DNA of 22,920 bases, taken from IMG/VR virus record IMGVR_UViG_2859777919_000008; one strand, given 5' to 3'. The notes under the pieces are model-generated. The model had not been told where the DNA came from. It saw only the letters and a program-made list of their open reading frames with translations, and did no database searches. This stretch comes from a virus. Its lineage: Duplodnaviria > Heunggongvirae > Uroviricota > Caudoviricetes. Below, piece by piece: positions 1-10,244 of this stretch. The stretch's first letter is position 1. Each line of letters opens with the position of its first letter. Both the position numbers and the translations under genes were made by a program.

Positions 1-208
1 GAACACACCTCAAAAATGATAAATCCCTTATCTTTCATACACATAACAACACTTACTGGATAAAAAACAGACAACAAAACACGATAAAATACAATATCGC
101 ACATCAATTAAATCAATAAGTTAGCACTCCATTTCGAATGGCATATTACTAAAATATTAGTCACCGACACGAATTTGACAATGCCACAGATATTTTCGCG
201 ACTATTCA

Positions 209-236
209 GGGAGTATGACTCTCCCCGCTTTTGTTT
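209..236 (+). terminator. putative rho-independent terminator
   Basis: Hairpin gggag (209-213) / ctccc (221-225) with 7-nt loop followed by T-rich cgcttttgttt; would end a plus-strand transcript entering from the left edge of the window. Confidence 0.35.
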
Positions 237-258
237 ACCTGTATCAACGACCGTAAAC

Positions 259-391
259 ACTATGCCATAACAACTTCTGGCCAACTTCCCATTCGCTCAA
301 CAATCAACTCACTTCCGGCACAAATAAACGCATTACGTTGTAGATCGGTATTCTGGTCATTTGTTGATACGCGTACATAGCCAATAAGCAT
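259..391 (-). pseudogene. DNA invertase (Pin/Hin/Gin serine recombinase) N-terminal remnant
   Basis: Minus-strand ATG at 391 with SD-like aggggga 7 nt upstream; translation MLIGYVRVSTNDQNTDLQRNALICAGSELIVE matches the conserved N-terminus of Hin/Gin/Pin invertases (catalytic Ser in VRVST), then diverges and stops after 44 codons. Too short to be a functional recombinase. Confidence 0.5.
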
Positions 392-422
392 GGTAAATCC
401 CCCTGTTGGTAATGACTCCAAC

Positions 423-925
423 TTATTGATAGTGTTTTATGTTCAGATAATGCCCGATGACTTTGTCATGCAGCTCCACCGATTTTGAGAACGACAGCGA
501 CTTCCGTCCCAGCCGTGCCAGGTGCTGCCTCAGATTCAGGTTATGCCGCTCAATTCGCTGCGTATATCGCTTGCTGATTACGTGCAGCTTTCCCTTCAGG
601 CGGGATTCATACAGCGGCCAGCCATCCGTCATCCATATCACCACGTCAAAGGGTGACAGCAGGCTCATAAGACGCCCCAGCGTCGCCATAGTGCGTTCAC
701 CGAATACGTGCGCAACAACCGTCTTCCGGAGACTGTCATACGCGTAAACAGCCAGCGCTGGCGCGATTTAGCCCCGACATAGCCCCACTGTTCGTCCATT
801 TCCGCGCAGACGATGACGTCACTGCCCGGCTGTATGCGCGAGGTTACCGACTGCGGCCTGAGTTTTTTAAGTGACGTAAAATCGTGTTGAGGCCAACGCC
901 CATAATGCGTGCAGTTGCCCGGCAT
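423..925 (-). pseudogene. insB: IS1 InsB transposase, frameshifted
   Basis: InsB sequence is split over ORFs 665-925 and 423-689. The break follows ...AKSRQRWLF; the plus strand reads gtaaacag at 744-750 where canonical IS1 has gtaaaacag, a 1-nt deletion in a homopolymer run. This is distinct from the programmed insA-insB slip site. Confidence 0.8.
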
Positions 926-1119
926 CCAACGCCATTCATGGCCATATCAATGATTTTCTGGTGCGTACCGGGTTGAGAAGAGGTGTAAGTGAACTGCAGT
1001 TGCCATGTTTTACGGCAGTGAGAGCAGAGATAGCGCTGATGTCCGGCAGTGCTTTTGCCGTTACGCACCACCCCGTCAGTAGCTGAACAGGAGGGACAGC
1101 TGATAGAAACAGAAGCCAC
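844..1119 (-). CDS. insA: IS1 InsA
   Basis: 91 aa [46 protein letters not shown]..., recognisable as IS1 InsA with its zinc-finger/HTH N-terminus. Confidence 0.9.
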   Translation of the reverse strand: MASVSISCPSCSATDGVVRNGKSTAGHQRYLCSHCRKTWQLQFTYTSSQPGTHQKIIDMAMNGVGCRATARIMGVGLNTILRHLKNSGRSR

Positions 1120-1189
1120 TGGAGCACCTCAAAAACACCATCATACACTAAATCAGTAAGTTGGCAGCATCACCTCATTCGTCTGTTCC

Positions 1190-1696
1190 TTAAATCTTCC
1201 AGGAAATTTCTGCATTGCCGTCAGCATCACCGGCACCTGTGAATTCAGCGTTGGTCAGCACCACGTTTTTGCCACTGACTGACGTGGACATGAATCCACC
1301 CAGCGGCACTTTGATGGATTCATCAGTGGAGACGACAACGTATACCGGATCGCCTTTTTTGATAGTGCTGGCATCAAAATCAGAACCGAGATTAACGGTC
1401 ACGTAGCCACGCTTCATGGCGTCGCCCGGGAAGTTCTTGCCTGTTCCCACCTGGCGAACCATGTCCGGCTGCGACGTGGTCGGATAAGGGCGCACGTAGA
1501 TCCCCTTCACCTTGTCTGCGGTATCACCATCTGCCAGCGGCACGAAAAAACCGTCATCATCGTATTTACCAGCCAGGCCATAGGCAGCGAAGGCGTTATC
1601 GGATTTAAGGACCACCGGTTCGACGGTTAAGTCCTGCGGGCGAGAGACAGCCCCGGCAATGCCAACAGGCATCCGGTACAGAAATACATTATTCAT
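1190..1696 (-). CDS. phage head-associated structural protein (function uncertain)
   Basis: 168 aa ORF immediately downstream of the head gene cluster, 3 nt after the preceding gene; its stop lies 15 bp from the IS1 end. Assignment is by gene context only. Confidence 0.5.
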   Translation of the reverse strand: MNNVFLYRMPVGIAGAVSRPQDLTVEPVVLKSDNAFAAYGLAGKYDDDGFFVPLADGDTADKVKGIYVRPYPTTSQPDMVRQVGTGKNFPGDAMKRGYVTVNLGSDFDASTIKKGDPVYVVVSTDESIKVPLGGFMSTSVSGKNVVLTNAEFTGAGDADGNAEISWKI

Positions 1697-1699
1697 TTT

Positions 1700-2920
1700 T
1701 TACCCTTTACGGTTTGCCCAGAATTCAGCGTTTTGTTTGTTCAGGGAAGCGATACTGGTCATGCCCATGTTTAGGCGCTGTGCATCGCCGGTGGTGGCGC
1801 GGGTGTTTCGCCCTTTGGCAACCTCAGACACGGCATTAAACGCCATGTCGACCGATTGTTTCGGTAATTTGCGGATATCCGCATCACCGACTATCTGGCG
1901 AACCAGCGTTTTGTCAGCAGAAGCCAGAACCTCGCGTTTGAACGCGGTCGGTTTCATCTTACGGCTCAGATCGATACCCGGAACGATAACTTCGGCACGC
2001 CAGGCTGAGTCACCAGTAATCGTGGTTTCCTCTTCATCGTCCTCGCCGTCACCGGTCGGATTATCGTCAGGCTTATTATCGTTATCGCCCGTGGCATTTC
2101 TTTCCAGCTTAGCCAGCAGGGCTTTCAGTAATGTTTTGAGGTCATCATCACTGTCGCCGGTTGGATCTCCGCCCATCTCTGGTGCTTTGTCCGGTAGTGG
2201 TTGCTGCGGGGACAGGTTGATGTTGAGATTAACGCCCTGCGGCAAATCCCCCTCATCTCCTGTAACCGATGCGGGAGCCGACTCCACCAGTTCGTTCATG
2301 GTGTCGGCATCTCCTGTCTTGATGGCCGCACGCATGCGGTTCCACCAGTTTTTCTTTTGATTTGCCATTGTGTCTCTGTCTCCAATTGCACAACGATTTC
2401 CGGCTCTGCCTTTAGGGACAAGAGCCACATGGTTTCCGGTAATATCGACCTGCTCGGCTTTACCTGGCTCGGTCTGCTCGTACTCCGCGTCATAGCCGCA
2501 CGACACTTCGCGCAGGCCATCTTCGATAAGCTGAATGGCGCTTTCGTCTTTGACGATAAGGTCAGCCAGCATCAAATCAGACTGCTCACCCGTCCCGCGC
2601 CGGACATTCTGGAGGTGCCCGACAGCAAGCTCTTTCCAGTTCTCGGGATTTACCAGCCGCACATTCCCGTTTTCATCTTCAGGATGCAGGATCGTGATGC
2701 TCATCCCTTCGAATGAGGCAAGCGTGGCCGGATGGAATACCTGCTCAGGAGAACGCGTGACGACTATTTCACCGAACTTATCGGGTTTCAGTTTTGGCAG
2801 GTCATCAGCACCATAGAGCTGCTTACCTGTTCGTCCTATCGGCACGTCTTTGCACAGCAACGAGCCGTCAGCCAGGCGGTATCGGGTTTCCCCGAGCCTG
2901 GTCTCAAAAAAGTATTTCAT
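1700..2920 (-). CDS. phage head protein, scaffold/maturation-like, with acidic Gly/Asp-rich linker
   Basis: 406 aa ORF tightly packed after the head morphogenesis gene; contains a long acidic low-complexity linker (TGDSDDD...GDGEDDEEE) typical of scaffold-type head proteins. Exact family not resolved. Confidence 0.5.
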   Translation of the reverse strand: MKYFFETRLGETRYRLADGSLLCKDVPIGRTGKQLYGADDLPKLKPDKFGEIVVTRSPEQVFHPATLASFEGMSITILHPEDENGNVRLVNPENWKELAVGHLQNVRRGTGEQSDLMLADLIVKDESAIQLIEDGLREVSCGYDAEYEQTEPGKAEQVDITGNHVALVPKGRAGNRCAIGDRDTMANQKKNWWNRMRAAIKTGDADTMNELVESAPASVTGDEGDLPQGVNLNINLSPQQPLPDKAPEMGGDPTGDSDDDLKTLLKALLAKLERNATGDNDNKPDDNPTGDGEDDEEETTITGDSAWRAEVIVPGIDLSRKMKPTAFKREVLASADKTLVRQIVGDADIRKLPKQSVDMAFNAVSEVAKGRNTRATTGDAQRLNMGMTSIASLNKQNAEFWANRKG

Positions 2921-2923
2921 GGG

Positions 2924-3706
2924 TTATGCTGCCCTTTTCATTGCGAATGGAACGCGAACAAACACGATCTCTTTATAGCAGCGGCAGTTTGGCAGCTCGC
3001 CCGCGTGGCCGGTCATGCCGTCCAAAGTTGGAGGTGAATCCCAGCGGACGAATTTACCTTTCATGTGATCGTGGGAATCTCGGACATCGCCATCATCGGC
3101 TGTACGCCAAATATAACCATCCGAGCCAATAGCTATCGCTCGGGCCATATCCAGCGCGCCCGTTGCTCTTCCCAGTTCCGTTCGGGCAATCAGATCGGCC
3201 CTAGACTTAGCAACATCGCCGGTAGATGCAATCTCTTTAGCAAACTGCTCCGCCCGACCACCGGTGACAACAGCCTCTATCGCTTTGTTCTGGATGTCGT
3301 ACACCCTGTCTGCGGCCTCGAGAGGCAGAGATTTGATGTACTTGACCTGTTCGGCGATGATGGATTGCATCACCTGGCCCACAGGAGCGCTTTCCACAAG
3401 ATTGCGGAGCTCGCGACTGATGTTCTTGCTGTGTTGCCGCCAAACTTTCTCGTTCTGCCGGGTTAGGTCCGCAGTAAAGTTTTCCGCGACCTTTGTCGCC
3501 CAGGGGGTGATGATTTCACTGTAACGCTCCAGCGCCGCAATAATTTCCGTGATACTGTCATTTGAACCATCGTAGCGACCATTTACGATGTCTCCGACCG
3601 CCCTCGCTATCCTGCGTAGGCTGGTTCGATACCGGATTTCCGCCTGACGGCTCCTGCGGTTCGTCATCAGGTTCGCCGATGCCGGGCGGCGCTTCATCTT
3701 CGGCAT
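2924..3706 (-). CDS. phage head morphogenesis (minor head) protein, SPP1 gp7 / Mu F-like
   Basis: 260 aa ORF following the portal gene, family-like C-terminal region (...IWRTADDGDVRDSHDHMKGKF...LPNCRCY). The annotated start overlaps the portal 3-prime end by about 149 nt, so the true start is uncertain. Confidence 0.65.
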   Translation of the reverse strand: MPKMKRRPASANLMTNRRSRQAEIRYRTSLRRIARAVGDIVNGRYDGSNDSITEIIAALERYSEIITPWATKVAENFTADLTRQNEKVWRQHSKNISRELRNLVESAPVGQVMQSIIAEQVKYIKSLPLEAADRVYDIQNKAIEAVVTGGRAEQFAKEIASTGDVAKSRADLIARTELGRATGALDMARAIAIGSDGYIWRTADDGDVRDSHDHMKGKFVRWDSPPTLDGMTGHAGELPNCRCYKEIVFVRVPFAMKRAA

Positions 3707-5024
3707 TCTCGATGTCCTCGTCGGTAATGGATGCCCCGATGCCGGTTACGTCAGAATTTTCTCGCAAATCAGTCATAGCGGCTTTCAGTGTCATCAGACC
3801 ATCACCCAGCGCCGTACTGATTGCGTTGGTGGTGTTTAACGCCACCGTTGAGCGATCGACATCAGACATTTGCCAGAGCGGGTTAAACTCAAACGTGAAA
3901 TCGTCCGGCAGCGGCTTGCCAAGTTCCGAACGATGCATGATGTCCAGTATCCGCCGCACCGGAAGACGTAAACGCCTCTCCTGCAACGAACTGATGCGAT
4001 CGTAATAGTTGGCAAGGTCTGCATCACCGGTAGAAAATCCTTTCGGGGACTGTCCGAACAACCGCACCAGTGGGATACCAACAGCGCCACTAATCTGTTC
4101 TACAAACTGCGAAAGGATGTCATCCAGACCACTGAAGCTGTACTGATGGGTTTCAAACTTATCCCGCGAGTCCATGAGCGTCATGCCTTCATTACTCTGG
4201 AACTGTCGAATCAGGTCGATATTCTTCAGCAACGCTTCATACGCAGGACCACCAAGTGCGATAAGCTCGCGTAGCTTCTCCACGCTGTAGGTACGCAAAT
4301 GCGCCTTGTAGACCAGCTGCGCCGCGCCGACAGTAGCGCTGTCGAACGCGGTAAGACGATCCCAGATACGCTCTACAACCGACATTCCCCATTCGTTCTC
4401 GGTCATCTTCTGCTGAAATGGCAACGTGACGCCATCAAAGCGAATCAGGCGACTGTGATGAATGCGCCAGGCAGGAATTCCCGTTGCTGTGGTCACCACA
4501 TCGTAAAACTCAGGTTTACCCAGGTCCGGCCCCATATCTTTAATGCGGCGGGTCAGTGCCGGGTCGACCATCCAGCGGTCGAGCGGGAGAATCCCCTTAA
4601 ACTTGCCCTTACCGATGGTTTCGGGTCGCAGCGGGGTCATTGGTGCCTACCCCTCAATCATGATGAAACCCACCGCGCCGCCGTAGAGGCGCGACCATTT
4701 CAGCACGTCATTCAGCGCATCCCAGATTTGCAACTCATCCAGTTGTGATTCGAGAATGCCACGATCTTTTGCATCAATTTCCGAAGTGATGCGAATGCCT
4801 TTGCGGGTCATATCATCCGGGATAGCATCGACTGCTTCGCCGATGATCTAGGATGAACGATAGGACCATTCCACCAGCATGCGGTTACGACTGGTGAAAT
4901 TAGCCCGGTAGGTGGATGCTGAGTGCTGGTTAGGTGTCTGCATCCCTACGCGGGCAATAAAATTCTCATAACCATCAGCTGTGGCCTGCACAGTTCGCCG
5001 CAGGGCTTGTTTGTTTCGTGCCAT
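3558..5024 (-). pseudogene. phage portal protein with two in-frame amber (TAG) codons
   Basis: ATG at 5024-5022 overlaps the large terminase stop (TGATG). One continuous frame runs to the stop at 3558 (488 sense codons) and is broken only by TAG at codon 59 (plus-strand cta 4848-4850) and TAG at codon 126 (cta 4647-4649). The 360 aa ORF 3558-4640 is the C-terminal part; the N-terminal part reads MARNKQALRRTVQATADGYENF... Confidence 0.7.
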
Positions 5025-6454
5025 CAGGCCTGTCTCCCCAGCTGTTCCCAGATATCCAGCGATGTATCGATTGGCGCGAAGGCCATAATGAATGCATCAG
5101 CAACGTTTGGTGACGGTATCTCGCGTTTTGCGAGGTCTTTTTTACTTTCGACCATCACACGTCCGTTACGGTCGAAATCACGATGAGGTGTTGTCAGTTC
5201 CAGTTTCAGCTTTTCAAGCAACGGACAACGAGAATCTATGCTGATCAGCTCATCCACAGGATACTGTTCTCCGTTGTTAATGGCGTTAAACGTATTTCTG
5301 AAACGGTCAGCCACCAGCCACCATGCCTGAGCCTTAAGATTTGCGAAAAAGTCTTTGTTGGGGATGCCGTTGTACTCGTCATCTGGCTCATGCACACCAG
5401 CACCGGCGTTAAACCTCTGGTAATTCACACGTCGCGCGTATGCGTTCTCGCTCTTCCGGTCAGCGTTAATTTCAGAGAATTTAGCACCGGCAGACGCACC
5501 AACACCGATAGAGTCGTAAACAATATCTGCTTCACGCTCCAGCGCCGCCTGATAAGTACGCTGGCAGCTCTTCAGTAATTCATCTTCTTTGGCCTTCCAT
5601 TCGTCGGCCCAGAAAACAACGGATCCGTGACGGTAAACGTTAGCGCACTTATCTGTACCACTGTCAGCCACGTCAAAGCCAATACGCTTTCTTCCACTGG
5701 GTTCGAAATTTAACGTTTTGTGCGCATCCACTGCGGCTTCTATCCAAGACAGTTTGATGATTGCCGCATCATCATCAGACTCCGGAACGCCCTCATACAC
5801 ATGTTTAAAACCATCCGGATCACGGCGTCGCGCCGCGTCGATAACCTTAAGCATGGTGTCAGACAGAAACGGATTTTCGTCATAGTTAATTTTGCGGATG
5901 AGAGTGCCTTCGGGCGGATCAACAACGAAGTTGCGCCAGACGAAATCAGTAACAAGTCCGGGGTTGAATATGAACCAGCATTCCGAACCCTCTTTACGGA
6001 TCGTTGGCTCCAGAATTTTCCACTGGTATTCCGTCAGTGCGTGGGCTTCTTCCAGCCACAACACATCGATCCCCTCCAGTGACTTAATTTCTTCGATGTT
6101 GCGCCATAATCCATAAAAAACAAATTCCGAGCCAGTAACCCGGTTAATGATTTTGTTGTTCAGAATACGGAAACGGTGCCGCAGACCAAACCTGTCTATC
6201 TGAATTTTGAGCAGGGTATACACCGACTCTTCGATTTTATTCTGGATCTGACGGGCACAACAAAAACGCAGGGTGTATTTATTCGACAGAAATATGGCAA
6301 TGCCAGCGGCATCCCATGATTTTGACGATGACCGACCACCATAAAGCACTTTGTTACGTGCCCGCATAGTCCAGAAACTACGTAAAGCCGGATTCAGCGT
6401 CGGTTTGGATGTCAGAGTAGAAGTCATTGAGGTCACGCTCTCCATTGCCATCAT
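5024..6454 (-). CDS. phage terminase large subunit
   Basis: ORF 5024-6535 carries a Walker A-like motif (YGGRSSSKSW) followed by a nuclease-type C-terminal region. A likely start near the internal Met cluster (MMAME, about 6454) overlaps the terS 3-prime end; start codon uncertain. Confidence 0.8.
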   Translation of the reverse strand: MMAMESVTSMTSTLTSKPTLNPALRSFWTMRARNKVLYGGRSSSKSWDAAGIAIFLSNKYTLRFCCARQIQNKIEESVYTLLKIQIDRFGLRHRFRILNNKIINRVTGSEFVFYGLWRNIEEIKSLEGIDVLWLEEAHALTEYQWKILEPTIRKEGSECWFIFNPGLVTDFVWRNFVVDPPEGTLIRKINYDENPFLSDTMLKVIDAARRRDPDGFKHVYEGVPESDDDAAIIKLSWIEAAVDAHKTLNFEPSGRKRIGFDVADSGTDKCANVYRHGSVVFWADEWKAKEDELLKSCQRTYQAALEREADIVYDSIGVGASAGAKFSEINADRKSENAYARRVNYQRFNAGAGVHEPDDEYNGIPNKDFFANLKAQAWWLVADRFRNTFNAINNGEQYPVDELISIDSRCPLLEKLKLELTTPHRDFDRNGRVMVESKKDLAKREIPSPNVADAFIMAFAPIDTSLDIWEQLGRQA

Positions 6455-7142
6455 CAATACCTGCATCACGGCGAAGACGATCAGCCTCCAGAGACACCTT
6501 ATCAGTGGCGGCCTTGCGGTAGGCTGTATCAGCAAATATTTTTCCTACCGTCGCAAGCGTGCCAACGATGGACTCAATACGAACTGTATTGCGCATCATT
6601 GCTTTCTCGGCGGCGCTGATATTTTCAATCAGCATCTTCCTTTCCTGGTCCCCATTAGCATCTTCCAGCGACACCAACCACCGACCAATATTCTCTGCAG
6701 CGACAAGGTTGTTAGCACGAAGGCGAAATAATTCGTCCTCGAGCGTCAACGCTTTAGCGTCCTCTATCACCTCATCTTTGAGCAGAAGGCGACGGGCATA
6801 ACCACCGTGTTTTAATGCCTGCTGGTTACCGGGTTGGAATGGGTTAGTCGGGGGATCGGTACGCATTCCGCGTATCGGTTTCGTATCCGGTGTAGATTCT
6901 GTTTTTAGTTGCGTACTTTTTTGTGTAAGGCCAGTAATGGCAGGCTTTCTGCTGGTACGCACTTTCCTTTTTTGCGTACCATTTTTGCAAACCTGCGTAC
7001 CGCCACTGCGTGCCCAACCAAGCTTTTTGGCCCTCTTCCTGATAGCCCCTTCTGTAACGCCGTATTTCTCGCCTATATCACGGAGGCTAAGGACTCCGGC
7101 CCGGTATGCCGATTCGATGGCCTCCCAGTCCGGTTTTGCCAT
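6378..7142 (-). CDS. phage terminase small subunit (HTH DNA-binding)
   Basis: 254 aa ORF directly upstream of and overlapping terL; N-terminal HTH-like segment (LSLRDIGEKYGVTEGAIRKRAKK). Confidence 0.7.
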   Translation of the reverse strand: MAKPDWEAIESAYRAGVLSLRDIGEKYGVTEGAIRKRAKKLGWARSGGTQVCKNGTQKRKVRTSRKPAITGLTQKSTQLKTESTPDTKPIRGMRTDPPTNPFQPGNQQALKHGGYARRLLLKDEVIEDAKALTLEDELFRLRANNLVAAENIGRWLVSLEDANGDQERKMLIENISAAEKAMMRNTVRIESIVGTLATVGKIFADTAYRKAATDKVSLEADRLRRDAGIDDGNGERDLNDFYSDIQTDAESGFT

Positions 7143-7336
7143 GATTATGCTTCCTGTGATTTACTGTTATCGCTGCCTGTCACAATAGGTTGCTTTAATT
7201 CTTCCTCATCACTCACTCCTGCGACGCTCCGTGGCAGGGCCCCCCACAGGAGTACCTTGTAAATGTAAGGTGTTTAAGCCTAAATTAAGTCGTATCACGG
7301 TTAAATAGCAAAGAAAAATTCACAGAAGGAAAGACA

Positions 7337-7849
7337 TTGATGGAGTGGATAAATGCTTTGATGAACTATTTTGTACTTCATCCATATCGCCTATGGGGGC
7401 TTCTTTTTATAATAGCGTTCACAAAATCCACTTTACTCATTTCGGCGATATTGCCACCAGCATCAATTATGATGGCCACTGTAATTACAGTCAGCAAGAC
7501 GACTCTTTCACCATGGGAAGCTGGAATCACGGTCATGAGTGGCGCATGGTGCGGTACTATCGTTAATTACCATCTTGGTATAATAATTGGGCATATCCCT
7601 CAACTTGCATGTATAATATCAAGCCGTTCCAATACAATAGAACGGGTTCGCCTTCAGTTGCAAAATAACTCTGTGTCAATACTTTTCACTTCGCGCTTTA
7701 TCGCCGTGCTGCGTTATATTGCTCCTTTGGTGGCAGGAATGTTGCAACTTCATCCAGTGAAAGTGTATACAGTGAGTCTGATTTCAGCTGCTAGCTGGTC
7801 AGCACTTTATGTTGGTAGTTTTAGCTTCGTGTTGCCTTTTTTTAGCTAA
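7337..7849 (+). CDS. DedA-family (VTT/SNARE-associated domain) inner membrane protein
   Basis: 170 aa hydrophobic ORF, AT-rich codon usage, opposite strand to the flanking phage genes. Motifs ILPPASIMMATV and SRFIAVLRYIAPLVAGM resemble DedA signatures (compare E. coli YqjA GRFIAFVRTLLPTIAG). Confidence 0.5.
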   Translation: MMEWINALMNYFVLHPYRLWGLLFIIAFTKSTLLISAILPPASIMMATVITVSKTTLSPWEAGITVMSGAWCGTIVNYHLGIIIGHIPQLACIISSRSNTIERVRLQLQNNSVSILFTSRFIAVLRYIAPLVAGMLQLHPVKVYTVSLISAASWSALYVGSFSFVLPFFS

Positions 7850-7937
7850 ACTGCCCATAAAAAGCTCTTGCGAATCCAGCTTCCCCCATTCCTCTGACAA
7901 CAGAATCTGATTTGAAGGATAATGAGTAAAATTACCG

Positions 7938-8408
7938 CTACCCCCCAAGGCATTGGATCCTGATGTACTCCTGAAGCATTCTCAATGCTGTCTGGTCGCT
8001 GATGATTCCGTCCCGGATACCGAGAACGTTTCGTCCAGCAACTGGAGAGAGTTCGACGGTGGCATCATTGCCCATGCCGGAGGCGCTGGAGGTTTCGGCT
8101 GAGGATGGCACAGGGCATTTTCCTTTGACGAGCACCCGACCACCATTATCAAGCTTGCGCCGAAGAGCATCATTTTCAGCTTTCGCATCAGCTAACTCCT
8201 TCGTGTATTTAGCATCGAGTGCATCAGCATCACGCTGGCGCTGCTGCATGTCAGTAATGGTTGCGTTCGCCAGCTTCAGTTCTCTTGCGTTTTTGTCGCG
8301 CTGCTCTTTGTAGGTAATGGCGTTATCACGGTAATGATTAACAGCCCATGACAGGCGGACGATGATGCAGATAACCAGAGCGGAGATAATCGCGGTGACT
8401 CTGCTCAT
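7938..8408 (-). CDS. Rz-like i-spanin (lysis)
   Basis: ORF 7938-8420; probable start [17 protein letters not shown]... at 8408 overlapping the endolysin stop. N-terminal TM segment plus coiled-coil region as in lambda Rz. Confidence 0.75.
   Translation of the reverse strand: MSRVTAIISALVICIIVRLSWAVNHYRDNAITYKEQRDKNARELKLANATITDMQQRQRDADALDAKYTKELADAKAENDALRRKLDNGGRVLVKGKCPVPSSAETSSASGMGNDATVELSPVAGRNVLGIRDGIISDQTALRMLQEYIRIQCLGG
7982..8188 (-). CDS. Rz1-like o-spanin lipoprotein, embedded in Rz
   Basis: ORF in an alternative frame wholly inside Rz: [22 protein letters not shown]... with lipobox (VVGC) and proline-rich region ([16 protein letters not shown]), the lambda Rz1 architecture. Exact start uncertain. 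Confidence 0.7.
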   Translation of the reverse strand: MRKLKMMLFGASLIMVVGCSSKENALCHPQPKPPAPPAWAMMPPSNSLQLLDETFSVSGTESSATRQH

Positions 8409-8902
8409 TGCTGCCCCCACAAACAGACTTCACGCTCAATCTCACGACGGGTCATCAGCCCTTTCCATTGCTTACCGCCAGCATATGTCCAGCGACATAG
8501 CTGGTCACATGCGCCTTTGATATAGCCCTGGTTTATTTTGCGAAGAAGCGTCGATGTTCTGAAATTGCCAGCGCCCACGTTGTAAACGAACGAGTAAAGA
8601 GCGCCGCGCGTTGTTTCCGGTATATCGACTTTGATGTACGGGTTAATTTGTCTGGCGACAGTGGCAAGGTCTTTATTCAGGAGAGCTTTGCATTCTGCTT
8701 CGGTATACGTTTTACCAGGCATGATGTCTTTTCCGGTGTGTCCGTGACATACAGTCCATACACCAATGATATCTTTGTATAGTATGTAGCTGACACCTTC
8801 CAGACCATCGTTACCACCTGGGCCAGTGATTAACACAGATGCTATAGCAACAGCCCCGCCACCAATAGCAACTGCAACAGCCTTGCGTAATGATGGCGAC
8901 AT
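8405..8902 (-). CDS. phage endolysin, lambda R / lysozyme family
   Basis: 165 aa [42 protein letters not shown]...[21 protein letters not shown], closely resembling lambdoid prophage lysozymes (RrrD/RrrQ type) with an N-terminal signal-anchor-like segment. Confidence 0.9.
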   Translation of the reverse strand: MSPSLRKAVAVAIGGGAVAIASVLITGPGGNDGLEGVSYILYKDIIGVWTVCHGHTGKDIMPGKTYTEAECKALLNKDLATVARQINPYIKVDIPETTRGALYSFVYNVGAGNFRTSTLLRKINQGYIKGACDQLCRWTYAGGKQWKGLMTRREIEREVCLWGQQ

Positions 8903-9015
8903 TATTCACCTCTCGCAGCCTTACTAGACTGGCCCCCTGAATCTCCAGACAACCAGTATCACTTAAATAAGTGATAGTCTTAATACTAGTTTTTAGACTA
9001 GTCATTGGAGTACAG

Positions 9016-9381
9016 ATGATTGATGTCTTAGGGCCGGAGAAACGCAGACGGCGTACCACACAGGAAAAGATCGCAATTGTTCAGCAGAGCTTTGAACCGG
9101 GGATGACGGTCTCCCTCGTTGCCCGGCAACATGGTGTAGCAGCCAGCCAGTTATTTCTCTGGCGTAAGCAATACCAGGAAGGAAGTCTTACTGCTGTCGC
9201 CGCCGGAGAACAGGTTGTTCCTGCCTCTGAACTTGCTGCCGCCATGAAGCAGATTAAAGAACTCCAGCGCCTGCTCGGCAAGAAAACGATGGAAAATGAA
9301 CTCCTCAAAGAAGCCGTTGAATATGGACGGGCAAAAAAGTGGATAGCGCACGCGCCCTTATTGCCCGGGGATGGGGAGTAA
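9016..9381 (+). CDS. insC: IS2 InsC (OrfA)
   Basis: [56 protein letters not shown]..., recognisable as IS2 OrfA; the ORF track starts 15 codons earlier. Confidence 0.9.
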
Positions 9382-10244
9382 GCTTAGTCAGCCGTTGTCT
9401 CCGGGTGTCGCGTGCGCAGTTGCACGTCATTCTCAGACGAACCGATGACTGGATGGATGGCCGCCGCAGTCGTCACACTGATGATACGGATGTGCTTCTC
9501 CGTATACACCATGTTATCGGAGAGCTGCCCACGTATGGTTATCGTCGGGTATGGGCGCTGCTTCGCAGACAGGCAGAACTTGATGGTATGCCTGCGATCA
9601 ATGCCAAACGTGTTTACCGGATCATGCGCCAGAATGCGCTGTTGCTTGAGCGAAAACCTGCTGTACCGCCATCGAAACGGGCACATACAGGCAGAGTGGC
9701 CGTGAAAGAAAGCAATCAGCGATGGTGCTCTGACGGGTTCGAGTTCTGCTGTGATAACGGAGAGAGACTGCGTGTCACGTTCGCGCTGGACTGCTGTGAT
9801 CGTGAGGCACTGCACTGGGCGGTGACTACCGGCGGCTTCAACAGTGAAACAGTACAGGACGTCATGCTGGGAGCGGTGGAACGCCGCTTCGGCAACGATC
9901 TTCCGTCGTCTCCAGTGGAGTGGCTGACGGATAATGGTTCATGCTACCGGGCTAATGAAACACGCCAGTTCGCCCGGATGTTGGGACTTGAACCGAAGAA
10001 CACGGCGGTGCGGAGTCCGGAGAGTAACGGAATAGCAGAGAGCTTCGTGAAAACGATAAAGCGTGACTACATCAGTATCATGCCCAAACCAGACGGGTTA
10101 ACGGCAGCAAAGAACCTTGCAGAGGCGTTCGAGCATTATAACGAATGGCATCCGCATAGTGCGCTGGGTTATCGCTCGCCACGGGAATATCTGCGGCAGC
10201 GGGCTTGTAATGGGTTAAGTGATAACAGATGTCTGGAAATATAG
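9339..10244 (+). CDS. insD: IS2 InsD (OrfB, DDE transposase domain)
   Basis: 301 aa ORF overlapping insC in the -1 frame, recognisable as IS2 OrfB. Confidence 0.9.

Larger units (their letters stand above)
408..1174 (-). mobile_element. IS1 insertion sequence (767 bp copy)
   Basis: Starts ggtaatgactccaacttattgat at 408 and ends with the reverse complement of ggtgatgctgccaacttactgat at 1174 (the two IS1 terminal inverted repeats); encodes InsA and InsB. Flanking 9-mers differ (ccccctgtt vs tcattcgtc), so no target-site duplication. Confidence 0.9.

Noticed and set aside
1659-2360. 233 aa plus-strand ORF rich in Ser/Pro/Leu
   Set aside because: Lies entirely antisense to the 406 aa head-protein gene; low-complexity composition typical of a shadow ORF.
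3562-4005. 147 aa plus-strand ORF
   Set aside because: Antisense to the portal gene; Ser/Gly-rich with no start context; shadow ORF.
7143-7336. Possible cos/pac packaging site upstream of terS
   Set aside because: The region has a G/C-rich motif (ggcagggccccccacagg) but no cohesive-end or pac signature that can be supported from sequence alone.
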